Notes under the pieces: generated by a model
What the model saw: the letters and a program-made list of their open reading frames with translations, nothing else
Database searches by the model: none
Told to the model about the DNA's origin: nothing
In this document: positions 24,689-37,662 of the stretch, one piece after another
Layout of the letters: the number at the start of each line of letters is the position of its first letter
Numbering within the stretch: the stretch's first letter is position 1
Translations under genes and position numbers: made by a program
Origin: Phoronis australis
Lineage: Eukaryota > Animalia > Phoronida
Assembly (NCBI GenBank): GCA_002633005.1
Contig: NMRA01000330.1
Span: 1 to 64,000, forward strand
Direction: 5' to 3'
Length of the DNA: 64,000 nucleotides

Positions 24689-27600
24689 GTACGTAGTTAC
24701 GTTGAGAAGAAAACTTGACTGTCGCCTGGTTTTAATTATTGACTCACAAAACGAAACCCGACGCCTTGGAGTACATATTCTGTTACGCATCTAGAAGAAA
24801 TAGATTTGAATTTGTATTGCAAGTCGTAATCTTTAAACGTTTGACAGATTTTGATATTTAACGCACGCATATCAACGTGATGTAGAAATGAGCTATTAAG
24901 CAGAGGCTTCGACAAAGCCGAAATGCATTTCCACTGAACGTGAATGCTTTGAAATGATAATCAAAACTTGAAATCGCCAAACATTTTTAACTTAAACGAT
25001 TTCAAAGTTTTCCAAGTCAACCGTGGTGTGTTGAACACACGAAACGTATTTTCTGGACGGCAAAACGTCTATTATTTCATTTTATTTTTATCTTAAAAGC
25101 TCAACATCGATGTTCACTCATCGTCGTGTATCCTTTTCCCCTTGAAAACTGTCATTGGACCGCGATTTGGGTAGTATCCCCCCGGCTTTTTCTCAGTTGC
25201 AAGTACATCCAAGGAACAATATTCTCGTATTGTCGAAGTCGTTTTCGGTACTCATATCCGGGCAAGAGTCACTTACAGTGGTTGCAGACTTGGAATCTTT
25301 GTAACAACGCTATTTCATAATCCAAGAGAGGGGTTGTCCGTCACCACTGGTGTTTCATATGTAAGTTATCCAATGGAATCTGTCTTCGTGTGTCCTCATT
25401 TTTACTCCTCGTCGAAGTTATGCGCGTTTCAACTTAGGACCAACAAAACTCATAAATGGCTGAGGGACGACGTGTACTCCACCGATGAATGCACTAGACT
25501 GTTGACGACACTTTATGCTCCGTTATAAAAGCCATATCCAAGTACGCACTTATACGCCCTCAAATTGGGTAATTTCAAATTGAGAGTTATTTTCTTTTTA
25601 TGAAAGACTATGCCGTTATGAGTCTATTATGCCAGAAAATACTACGTTTGCTACAATAAAGTGAACAAAATTCACTCTGATTTGACCAAATTACGTGCAA
25701 TTTTCTCGTAATGTGTAGCTTTGGATTTCATAATAACACCGAAATTACGTGTATTTGCCGGTATCAAAGTACTTTTTAATGAGAGCTTCAGAGCTCAGGG
25801 GGAACAATTGAGGAGGATTTAATATGTGTGTAATTTGTGCAATCGTACCGTGGTAACGAACTGTTGGTCTCCCTGGTGTATATTAAAGACTCCGCTATCG
25901 ACTTCGCATGAGACGTGTGACTTCGTCTTTAATTTGAGACCTTTCCAAACAAAGGCCAACTCGATGAATCGCGATTAGATAATTCTATATCAGAGAACTT
26001 TCAGTAAGGAAATTTGAAAAGGTAAATCTTGAAGTGATAGTGTCTCTCCATAAAATGTACCTGGTTCAGTTAGAAGGAGATGGCAGACTGTTTTATTGTT
26101 TGAATGTCTTTTTTCTGAGTGTTCGAATACATCCGAAATTCTACGTCACGCCAATTGAGATTTGTTTTTTAGCGACAACACGTTTAAACACTCTAGAAAT
26201 AGACGCTGTTTTCTGTAAATCCACTGTGTTTCTTTTGACATTGTGACTAGAAATTGTGTTGGACGATCCCATCAAAATTTCACCAAACTTCTGATAATGC
26301 CGCACAGAGCAATACTTATCTTGTTTTGTTAGAATACAAACTTTCGACGGCTGTTTGCTTGCGCGGTAATAAAAAAATCCGATTCACCTAACAAAAACTT
26401 TGTCACGGACGTTTAATGACATTGTCAACAAAAATAGAAGCATTCAACCGACGACCACGGACTTGTAGTGTGGTTGGGATTGGCTCCTGAAGCGGTTTTT
26501 ATGTCGCACAGCTACGATTGTTTCTCATGGGCGGTCTGTAAGCGAGTCAGTTTGCAGCGTAGAATTACTCGATAAATCAGACGACGTAGTCTCACGGATA
26601 CGAGGCAGACGAGTGCGTACGGTAACACGAAAACTCGGCGATCCAGACTCATCGAGTTCAATTATTTAACAACCACCGTAGAAAGCTGTGAACACCTAAA
26701 ACAATACTAGTTTTCAAAATGGACTGAGTTCGTTTTCAGGAGAAAAAAGTACTTTCACGCATCCTGTAACGGCTTAGGATATTTTGAGTGTGGAAATAAC
26801 CATGTTGCCGGCAAATGAACTCCATTTTCTCAGTCGCTGAGGCTATTTCGAGCGCTTTTAAACTGTGCGAATTAAATTTACAAAGAATGAAATAAGTGAA
26901 TATACAAGAACAGACATAATGTTTGAAAGACGCCGATGGTGCGGCTTGCGCCAAGCCTGGGGATATGTCTTAGTTGACATTGTTTCATTAATATAGCTGA
27001 TGATCTTCGTCAGTTTTCAAAAGAAGACATTCCGTTTATTGCCTCGTGCTTTATATTCGAAAACCTGGCAGATTGCGTGATCAACCCACCAAATGAATAG
27101 CACTACGCGGGCCTTAATGCATGACCCATTGAAAATGACCAGGGGGTGAGGCACGAGAACAGCTTCGTTCTTTCTTCGCTGGGGAATCGTTTCGGTTTTT
27201 TCACGTAGCCGCAGGCTGGCGTTTGATTATATAAGTGTTTTCTTGGTTTCATGGCGTTTCGCTGCTGGATATTTTTGCGATTGTGTAAGTTCAGCTCGCT
27301 AATGATCGGTTAGAAGTTTTTATTGCTTGCTAACGTGCCTTCTCGTGTTGTATACCGCGTTCTTGTTGACTGGAATACGTCCATCGCCTATCTTTTAGAA
27401 AATCGAGGTGTTTCTGCGCTTGTTTTAAATTACAATACCCTATTAATGGTGTCAGAATCTTTGACAAGTTACTGGACTCAGAACGCCAATTTCTTCCAAA
27501 AATGACAGAACTACATGTAGAATAATGGGTAATGTCTCCTTTAATAAGATTTCCGCTCTACTATCGAATTTGGTGTTGCTCGTATGCTCACAGCACGTGT

Positions 27601-28413
27601 AGGATACGCGCTCGCGTACTGTGGCCTTTAGAGACAGGTGCTGAATTTCAAACGACCCAATCACAGACTAGAAAACGGAGAAGGGTTAACGACCCCGGCG
27701 ACAGTGTCTATCATTTTACATTTCTCGGCCTAATTCAAATTGATGATGCGAATTAAAGTTATCATATGCTGATATTACTACCGTTACCGTTGATAGCACT
27801 GCGAAGTTCATCGTATTTGGGAGTCGAATTAAATTATTTTTCGCCAAGTTCAAAAGCTGTAACATCTTCCACTTGTCACTGAATTGATAGATCCTCCCCC
27901 CAACCGTGCGGTGACGTGCGACAAAAGAGCTGTATTTGTTGAGTTCAGTTATTAAAATGTTTGTCGCTCATTGCCTGTTTACTTCTCACTGGGCTGGCTC
28001 TAAGAAATGTCTATGGTCTACGCGGAAATTGTTTAGAATATCAAGGCACGTAATCGTGATGCGAACATGGAAATCAAAACAATATTCAGAATTATAGTAA
28101 AAAAGGGAGTAGACTGAATTCTATTGAGAAAATAGTTTCCTTTTTATCATCGATATCAGCAATTTGATATAATGCCGACTGTACAAATGTAAACCGCTAT
28201 ATGCTACTTGCAATAATAAACTAAAGAAACAAGAATTATAAAATGACAATATAAGTAATACTTTAAGAATTTTTGAGCTCAAACAACGAGGATGTCGAAG
28301 CATGACTTGTTTTGATATGATACTTGAATTTCACTATTCTCCAGTTTTATTATAACTCGACTCGAGGCGACATGTAAAACACAAGCGTTATTGGCATTAC
28401 CGACAAGAAATCA

Positions 28414-28491
28414 TAGTGATGATGATAATAATAATAATGATAATGATAATAATAATAATAGTAATAATAACAGTAATAGTAATAACAATAA
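28414..28491. repeat. Imperfect (TAA/TGA/TAG)n microsatellite in Dlx intron 2
   Basis: Run of taa/tga/tag trinucleotides; source of the poly-Tyr ORF 28350-28640. Confidence 0.9.
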
Positions 28492-29187
28492 AAGTATGTG
28501 TAGCGATAGTCTTTATTGATTGCACAAAAGCCCCCGACTCGGTCCGTCAATGTCAATTTTCTCAGTGATGCTTTCAGTAGCAAACTCAACAATACTGAAA
28601 ATAATTCGAATTGTAAAAAATAATTACGAATTAATGACAAGGGTATTTCTTGTGTATTCGATGTTAGTCAAACTGGACTGAAATTTGCTAACCATGTTGG
28701 CATCGGTTTCGCTATTCAGTTGTTTATCCTGCGTAGAATTGAGGTAGTTAAATTATGACTGCGCAAGTTAGCATATGATTATGACTTTCTGAAGCGTCTC
28801 TAAACCATGATCACCTTGATAGCAACAGTCCTTACATGTTAAGGAAAGGGGTTGAGGGGTAACAGCATACTTTTAATTTTGGGTTTTCGGAAACTCAAGT
28901 TGATAAATGCAGATTTAAAACGGAATTAGGCTATCCCGTGCTCCCAGTCAAGAAGTTTTGTTTTAGGTCACTTATCATTGTAAAAATGGTCGTGTTTTGG
29001 TCCTCGCGTAACTTAGAACCGACCTGGCAGGTCGCTATTTTTCATAGGAATGTAATAAAATTTTAGGTTACATCAGCGTGACCAGAAACTGAATGAGTTT
29101 GGTCTGAATAAACAAAGTGCGGGGAGCTGTCAGTTCTTCCATGGGCCAAAAATTAATCCTCATTTGAGTAAAAAAAAAAACACTTTG

Positions 29188-29350
29188 CAGTGGCGGATTT
29201 AGGGTGGAGGAGGGCAAGAGGGTCATGCCCCCCCTAAAGTTCTCCCAGATTCCATTTGGCAGTTCGGGGGTGTGAATGTCTGACGGACAAAATCATGGCT
29301 AATACTCTGCCCTGCCCCCTGCCTAACTCAAAATCCTGGATCCACCCCTG
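29188..29350. mobile_element. MITE family B, intact copy in Dlx intron 2
   Basis: TIRs CAGTGGCGGATTTAGG / CCTGGATCCACCCCTG; flanks CTTTG / ATTTG; homologous to 4573-5560 and 44077-44397. Confidence 0.8.
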
Positions 29351-30663
29351 ATTTGTGACCTGTTTTAAAAAGGAATCGAAACATGTTTTTTGACAGAAAG
29401 CACAGGTTTATTACCTCTTCAGGTAAAGTAAAAGTAGATTGTAAGTCAGTTATACAGAACTAAGCCTATTACATTTTTGAGAGTAATCTTTCATGAGGAG
29501 AAGCGTCGGAGTACAGTTATCGTAAACAAAAAATGTCAATGTTTTGTATGGACAAAATGCTTCGCTAAATTCCAGAGATTTGTTAATTGACGTATGACCG
29601 CCGTAAGTTGAAGTGTATCACGACAAATGTCTGTGTGCCGGAGCCAGTCCTTGAACACAGGTGATTTTAGATGGACCTTAATTAGAATTTGAACAATCAG
29701 CTCGGATATCAATTCTTAAAGGTACGCGCGGAGTTTCTTAACTCTCATCAATTGATCTAAACAAAAGGGACATGAGAGCTAATTAAGGCCTCGCCAAAAA
29801 TCAATAAATTGGGCGTTTGCTAAATACTTGCGTCTCAGCTTGCGTCTTATCTCCTACCTTTTTAGCCGTTCGAATAAAGTCAAGCATCCTTGTGAAAATC
29901 GGGCTCAGCTGCGCCTTCGGAATGTTCGATAAAAGGATTAAAATACGGATCATTAGAGTACCGTCTTGATTATTTTATTGAGACGACAACAAAGTGAATC
30001 ACTCAACCGAACATGCGCTGTGAATCTTCCAATTAACTCAGTGGGTAAAAATCCAAGTTGAATTTGTAAGACCAAGTTCACCACAATACAATTATTTTGA
30101 TAGTTGATTTGTTTCATGAAACTGTAGATCAACTCTTGTGTCCTGTCATATTCTAAAACCATATGTTCTTTTATATTTCTCGTTCATCTGGCATACCGTC
30201 ACAAACTTTGTCTGTTACAATTATCGAAATCATTCCTTATTATGCCCGCATAAACTGTTGACAATTGATGATAGAGGAGTTTGCTAAACGATAATTTTAG
30301 AATACGGGTTGGCTTTTGTGTGAACAAATACATAATTAATTCTAAACACGGTCAGTAAATTGGAATTTTATTGGTTGATAATAAATTTACCCTTCTCGGT
30401 CGAGTGAGGAAACGACTACTAGTAATAGGTATTTCACAGGGATTGTATCTATGATATCTTGTTTTCAACTGTCTGAAAATTTTCCCTCGTATTATTTCTA
30501 GTTATTGTTGGCATTGTTTGAAAAAAATACAATTGATTTCAATCAAAATTATTTTATTCCAGCGAAGATATTAACGAAAGTATCACACACAGTTTATGAC
30601 ACGGTTTTGCTTTCAAAGATTTGCTTCAGTGAGTTTTGCATCAAATGTTTTTTGACTTTCCAG

Positions 30664-31053
30664 GTGAAAATTTGGTTTCAAAATCGACGATCAAAATGTA
30701 AGAAAGTCATGAAACACCAACAGCAACACAACGGAAATAGCCCGGCCAGTCAAGCGTCTCCGACCTCCCAGTCGCAAACACCCGTCATGGATTCACCGCC
30801 GCCCCCTCCGCCGCCACCTCCGCACAACGGTCAAACGACGCCACAACCACAGCCAAACAATCTCATGGTGTCGCCCGTCAACTCCGTTAGCCCTCCCGCG
30901 TCGTGGCCGGAAATCACAAGTAGTGCGCACACGCACGCGCAGATATCAACCCCATCGACGTATCACATGTCAGCAAACATGTCGGCGCAGTATCCGCCAC
31001 AGTGGTATGGCGTAGAAACAACTATGAACCAGCCTCCTCAAATTTTAACGTAA
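30664..31053 (+). CDS. Dlx: Dlx coding exon 3 (recognition helix and Pro/Gln/Ser-rich C-terminus)
   Basis: Acceptor actttccag|GTG; VKIWFQNRRSKCKKVMK, poly-Pro tract, C-terminal WY motif, stop TAA 31051-31053. Confidence 0.97.
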   Translation: MKIWFQNRRSKCKKVMKHQQQHNGNSPASQASPTSQSQTPVMDSPPPPPPPPPHNGQTTPQPQPNNLMVSPVNSVSPPASWPEITSSAHTHAQISTPSTYHMSANMSAQYPPQWYGVETTMNQPPQILT

Positions 31054-31780
31054 AGACAACGTAATTCGTAGTCATGTATATTTATGTACAAAGTGTCTTA
31101 ATTTATATTGTGGGCGGAAATAGCCATTGAGACTCTGCAACAGAAGTGAGACGCATATGACCGGCCACGAAATGTATCGATTATTGCTTTATTTGACAAG
31201 TGCATACCGTGTCCTTTCTGTTGTTATACGTACGCAACACTGTCGGTGGTTTTATTCAAAGCTCAATGTGTCACCGTTTTGTAGAAAATAATTCACTTGT
31301 TATACTGCTGTTATATGACCGTATGTCATTTTCAGTGTAACATTCTCTTATTTATTAACATACACATGAAAACATCACATTCGATGATTACTGATGATTT
31401 ATCTTTGATTGTCGTCTGTAAGTTTGTTTTTATCCATTCGCTTTTTAAAATCTTGTTAGGATGATATACAGCGTATGTTCAAGTTTATTGTACATCTCGC
31501 TATTGTGTTTTACGTTTTCATATTGAACTGTGAGGTTGTTTTGGTATCCCATTGGAGGCTATGTTGTATACAAGCACATTTTATTGACAACATCCATGTT
31601 GATTTTATTTGGATTACTTCATTTCTCATACGTTGTAAATATTCATGAAATCATGTTATATGAAAGTAGTTGTAACGGAGGTGCATTCCTGTCCTATTTT
31701 TGTAAAGCGCCACCTAGTGTTATTGAAGTGAACGTAGTTCGAGTATATTTGTAAATAAAAGAACCGAACAGCCATTGATA
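31054..31780 (+). other. Probable Dlx 3' UTR with polyadenylation signal
   Basis: U-rich sequence after the stop; AATAAA at 31754-31759 followed by a U-rich tract. Confidence 0.55.
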
Positions 31781-34700
31781 ATTCGTTTATTTCTATATGT
31801 TAAGATCAGAAGAATTTGGTTGCAGCCCTACTTGTAAACAAAATTTGTTGAACACACAACACTGTTCCTAAGATCATGTACTACAGTCGTAGTTACAAAT
31901 AGTAGGCGAACATTTTGGGATAAAAGTTTGCTATCCTATCGGCACCAAATTTGTAACATAATTTTGAGACCTTAAACACATTCCAAGCTAATCTAGTGAC
32001 ACAAAAGTAATAAAAAATGCTTTTCACATCCGTCCCCAGACTGATTTGAGCTCACAACTTCAGCGGTCATGGTTTGCTGGCGAAGTGAAGTCCCTCTCTA
32101 TGAGTAGCTAAGTATTTTAAGCTGCATTCCAGATTCCAACAAATGATTGACAGCCAATGACTAAAATTAGCGATTTGTAATAAAATCACCAAATCAACGG
32201 ATGTTGTTTGTTGCCTAACTCTGTTCAAACCTGATAACTTCAAAAGATGTGTTATCCCGTCCAACAAAGAATCTTGCGATTCGTTTTTCGGTCTCAAAAG
32301 CGATTATTTCCCTTCTCAACCAAAGGATAATATTTTAAATATTCAAAAAATTCAGCTAAACAAGTACCTGTCATACAATAAAATACGTTCGAAAGTTTGA
32401 CTGCACGTCTGGAATGTCTGTGAACTTTTGGCTCACCGCCTGAAATTCAAAAAGTATTGATAAACCCTTTATCTATTTATTTTTTATTCGGAAAATTGCG
32501 AGCTGTGAATTTCTTTTCTAATTTCGTTAATAGTGCTATTCGTTTCACTGTTTTCTTAACCAAAATGAAGCGCAATGTCTCTACACTGTAGAGACGTCCT
32601 AATCATGCGACACAACACACTATCGGGATTGGTCTGAACAGAATTTTGATGACCTAATTCAAATGTTCAGCATTTCCCATTATTGCCCTCACATTATAAA
32701 TAAACCAAGAAAAAAGCCAAAGAGGACCAATTTTGGAACATTTTTGTAGCTTTCAAAATCAAATCTGAAGGGCTTTCAAGTGTTACAGCTAGCAATTCAG
32801 TGTAATTTTATGAAAATCGGTTCTGAGTAAAGAACAGTCCTCAAAACGAGTAATTTCATTTTTGTCTGACAAAATAATGGATGGTATGGTAATACCAACG
32901 TTCAGGATGGAATCACCTCTCATTGAGCGGTTGGAGAAATGTTTTATTTTCCACTGTTCATTGTCGGGTAGCGCTCATTTTCTTTGTAAAAATGCTAACA
33001 TGAATATTGAAAAAATATTTAGCCTCTACAAAAACATTTTACAGCAAGCCCTGTGAGAGTTTAGAGCAAGCCCTGTGAGGGGAAATAATTTTAATTTTAA
33101 TTTTAATTTACGCTTAGCTTTGATTCACGCCAAGACAGTGATCCTAAGCTGTTGAAGAACTTCTTTACATTGCAGAAACGTCAATAAGAAGAACTTGTAT
33201 TTGAATCCATGACTTTTTCTAATTGCCCTTTGCCTTGGCGCTGAGCTGTGAACAAAATAAAACCGGACAATCCATTGGCGATAACACTCAGGGTAGAACT
33301 TTAAACAAAACATTTTTTTCGCGTGGCTTCAAAACATAAATTATTATATTATTATAAATATTATAGACATCGTTATTATCACATTGAACTCGACAACATC
33401 AGTATCTCTACCTATGAAGCGTGTCTGCCCAGCATGTAATTTGTAAACTAACGAGATCTGATTCTCAATGCGTACAATCAGCGAGAGTGCCCTGTTCGGC
33501 AAAACCGATTCAGATCTCGCTGGATCTCGCTGGGTAAATTGAACCTTTTCCTTTAAACCCTTTTTTCTTTCACAGAAGCGAGAGTCTTCTTCAACAATAA
33601 CCGTGTAAATGAATAAACAAGTAACACTGTGTACGCGTTAACCATACATTCTCATTTTGAAATAGCGCTTCGAGTCACAAACAAATTAAACTGTTCAATT
33701 CTATGTTTAATTAAACTAGTGCCCATAACGTAATTTTAAAAATCTTTAACAAATGCTTTTTTCGCTGCTTGAATGGGGTGTCAAACTTAATATACCAATA
33801 TCACGCGCTATGCTGCATCTTTCTAAGAGGCAAATTACGACACTTGGTGCGCGCGCTAATCCGATGGCACATGAAAAATCATTGTTTTCCACTATACAGT
33901 AGTTGTTGGAAATTGGAACCTCAGCCTTCCCAACTGCTCAAATTAGCTGTACAAATTACCACGAAATTGTTTCAAATTGCTATAATTTTCTCTCGCGAGC
34001 CAACTGCATGAGCAGGTTGCGAGGGGAAATGCCGTAATCAGGGCGTCATTAACGCAGAGATAATCACTCTATCTAGCAAGGTTGGGCACTACCCTGTTAA
34101 ACCGGCCATTGTCGGGCTTAAATGCACCGTATTTTACCAATAAGAAGAACTAGCCTAGGGCTTCAAATGAATCTTTTTTCGATCTGTCATACTACTCGAG
34201 TACACGCTTTTGTTTTCTTTATCTCGAACACTGTTCAGCTGACTGGGTTGTCCGACGAGTTCACACTGGGAGCAACTGTAGAAATGTATCAGAGGTGCAT
34301 AGATAAGTTTTAATTGATTATTTTTTATCCAACGCGACTAGCGAACAATTTCCCTGGAAGCGGCAGGGGTATATGACACAATATGTTTCTTTGTATGGAG
34401 TATGCAAGCCGGTCTCGTTTAGGGAATTTTTGATCTATTAAAAACTGCTATGAACTCGCCTTCTGTCAAAACAATAAACTTTTAATTTAGGTCATTTACA
34501 CTCATATGTACCAGAATAAAGTTGCTCTCGCAGTGTCCCTTGGACAGTACTGGTGATTTTTTGTTGCTTAACAAGAACTGAGCCTCCGTTGTTGCTAAGA
34601 CCATACTCGATAAAATGCCTGGCTCGGCGGGTCATTTTGCGCGCCGAACACGGCAAAAAGCAGTAGCGAATTGTCAATTCTCCTAAACCCACGAATTACT

Positions 34701-35781
34701 TCTGAACCGGAAACAAATAAAAATTGAAATCAGCTCTACAACGGTCACTCGTCTCGATCAAAAGCATTTTTACGAAAGTCGAATTAATAGCAGCTTTAAA
34801 TTTGAGGTTCACGAAAGGGAGTGGTCGATCTAAACACAAGGTGGATTTCGCAAAATCAACCTCTGCAATTAGTGGTGCAGCCACTGACTATGTGAACTAA
34901 ACTATCACTGAAAATTAACTGAACGCAAAGGGCCATTTTGCAAAAATAACCTCAGAAATAGACAGTGACCTTATGGAACAAAGCAATGCTAAAAACTATC
35001 TGAATAGTAGGCCTTGAGGAAGAACGACGAAATCTAATCAACAGACTGCAAACTATGATTAGAGAATTCAGCCACTTACTCAGGTGTCATTTCGCAAAAT
35101 AGCATCTCAATTAATTGACCTTATGAAACAAAATTAAACCTGAAAATCATCTCGATACATGGAGTACATCAGTTCTAACCAAAAACTGCCATCTATTGGA
35201 TACGACTGGCGGAAGGGTATTCCAGAGGAGCTCAATGGAGGAGACAGTTGCCGACGTAGAGACGTAAAATGCCTCTGAGTCACAGACAAATAAACAATAT
35301 TAAAAAGAGAATTGTTGCCAATTTTCCAAACGATTTCAGTTGTTGCTCTTGGAGACTCAGTCTTTGTTAGATAACACAAACGTATAACAGACTCTTTGTC
35401 GAGAATAACAACTGATGTGTGCGTTCACGGACACCAGACTTTCAGAGTTTTCGAAACTGGCCCAATTAAAGTTGTATAGAACGTGAACAGACTAAATTGC
35501 ATTATTAAAAGCGGTTTTTCGCCATTGGAACAGAAGTCAAGCTGTTTACCAGCTATTTTACGATTTGCTTGTAAACATTTTGAACTTCTGTTGTTGTCAA
35601 ATTTTTGTTTTAGTTTCAAATTTCAAAAACAATCTCTCAACAAGTGGTCAACGTCAATGTTTCTCCCACACAGCAAGGCACCGTTCCGTACTTAGTGTGG
35701 CAAGACAATAACCATTTCTAGCAGAAACCAGTCCGACTTCTTTGAGCGCATATATTATATCTATACAAGCTCTGCAGAGAG

Positions 35782-36034
35782 CATGCGCGCAGCCAGGGGG
35801 GCTCGGGGGACTCGAACGAATCCCCCATTTGGCGAAGTGGGCCAAAAGGTCCGCCTAGGAGAAACAAAAAGTCCGGGAAAACGAGACAAAAGTCCATTAA
35901 AAAGGCGTAAACGCGCAATTCACAGCTCCGAACGTGGCACATCGTGTTTTTTTAGTCCTCCCTCTTTATTGTTAGTAAAAGGTCCACATCGTCAGAAACT
36001 CGAGCCCCCACATTAAAGGCCGGGTGCGCTCATG
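35782..36034. mobile_element. CATG-terminus MITE (family C), 5-bp TSD GAGAG
   Basis: GAGAG|CATGCGCGCAGCC...GGGTGCGCTCATG|GAGAG; homologous to 43241-43502 and 62136-62398. Confidence 0.85.
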
Positions 36035-36130
36035 GAGAGGGAGATATAACACCCGTTGACGCTTGGTCTGATTTTGTATAACTGTATTTTTAATTTCATA
36101 ATGGAACTGTGTACCTGAATTAATGATGTA

Positions 36131-36426
36131 AACATTGCTTCGTTCACTTCAAAATGCCCACCTGAACACTGTCTCGTTCCCTTTAAAATGCCCACATGAA
36201 CATTACTTTGTTCATTCCAAAATGCCCACTTGAGCGTTGCTTTGTTCACTTCAAAATGTCTCCCTGAACACTGCTTCGTTCACTTCAAAATGTCTCCCTG
36301 AACACTGCTTCGTTCACTTCAAAATGTCTCCCTGAACACTGCTTCGTTCACATCAAAATGCCCACCTGAATACAATTTCATTCACTTCAAAATGACCTCC
36401 TGAACATTGCTTCCCTCACTTCAAAA
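36131..36426. repeat. 34-bp minisatellite, 8 full units plus a partial unit
   Basis: Unit approximately AACATTGCTTCGTTCACTTCAAAATGCCCACATG. Confidence 0.92.
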
Positions 36427-37260
36427 GTATATTTGAACTAAAATACTTGTTTTCACTGAATAAAAAGAACAATAATTCGTACTGCGTTGTAACATCCATA
36501 TCTCTCCATATGTAATTAAATTAAATTTTCAAAAAATATTTTTTCTTGTAACGACTTTGCCGCTATTATTACTAAATTGTATTTCTCCAATTTTAGAATA
36601 AAACTACTTGAAAGAATACTGGTCTCACTCAGGGAGATTAAATCTCAACTATTTCAGTTCAATTATTCATAAGTTTGAAATTGACACTTCATAAATAATT
36701 CATGAACTTAAGAGTTATTTAAATTTCAGATTCAATTAAACCAATTGGCCCCGTAGTCCGATCATTTTCCTTTCGATATTTTGCCACTATACTATGTTAC
36801 ATTGGAATTAAATTGTTGATTAATTAGACTATTTTCTGCTCATTTAAACGTGTCATAAACAGCGGGGTATCTGGCTGGTAAATTTGCGCTGCGATTCAAC
36901 TGATATGCAGCGAGATATTGGAATTTCATGAAACAAACGCAGAAATGGAGGACACGTTTAAGCAAAATTAAGCAAATATTCTACGCATTATTTTGTATTT
37001 TTGCGTCCAGCTACTGTAAGTGGAATGAAATCGAGGGAAATATCTTGAGGAAAGAGACGGTTAAAAATAATAGACCACCAGTCTGAAGTTATGTAAATTG
37101 ATTGCAACGCTGGTAAATACTGAATTCCTGTGTTAAGTTGGNCACATTAAAGGCTGGGTGCGCGCATGGAGAGGGAGATGTAACACCCGTTGACACCTGG
37201 TCTAATATTAACTGTATTTTTGATTTCATAATGGAACTGTGTACCTGAATTAATGATGTA

Positions 37261-37662
37261 AACATTACTTCGTTCTCTTCAAAATGCCCACCAGAACACT
37301 GCCTCGTTCACTTCAAAATGCCCACATGAACATTGCTTCGTTCACTTCAAAATGCCCACATGAACATTGCTTCGTTCACTTCAAAATGCCCACATGAACA
37401 TTGCTTCGTTCACTTCAAAATGCTCACATGAACATTGCTTCGTTCACTTCAAAATGCCCACCAGAACACTGCCTCGTTCACTTCAAAATGCACACATGAA
37501 CATTGCCTCGTTCACTTCAAAATGCCCACATGAACATTGCTTCGTTCACTTCAAAATGCCCACCTGAATACAATTTCGTTCACTTCAGAATGACCTCCTG
37601 AACATTGCTTCGTTCTCGCTCTTCAAAATGCCCGCGTGAACATGGCATCCCTCACTTCAAAA
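37261..37662. repeat. 34-bp minisatellite, 11 full units plus a partial unit (second copy or allele)
   Basis: Same unit with 34-bp period (e.g. starts at 37329, 37363, 37397). Confidence 0.92.

Larger units (their letters stand above)
19147..31053 (+). other. Dlx: Distal-less/Dlx homeobox gene, full CDS span, join(19147..19435,24513..24688,30664..31053), 284 aa
   Basis: Three exons with GT-AG junctions splice in frame (289+176+390 = 855 nt); Dlx-type homeodomain split between residues 44 and 45. Confidence 0.96.

Noticed and set aside
28350-28640. Poly-Tyr/His ORF
   Set aside because: Translation of a TAA microsatellite.
30505-30663. N-terminal extension of ORF 30505-31053
   Set aside because: Intronic sequence upstream of the exon 3 acceptor.
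35782-36034. 5-bp-TSD MITEs as RAG/Transib (RSS-like) transposon derivatives
   Set aside because: Termini are CATG or CAG rather than CAC, and no heptamer-spacer-nonamer structure is visible.
36131-37662. 34-bp repeats as a CRISPR array
   Set aside because: Units are head-to-tail with no unique spacers, there are no cas genes, and the context is eukaryotic; this is a minisatellite.
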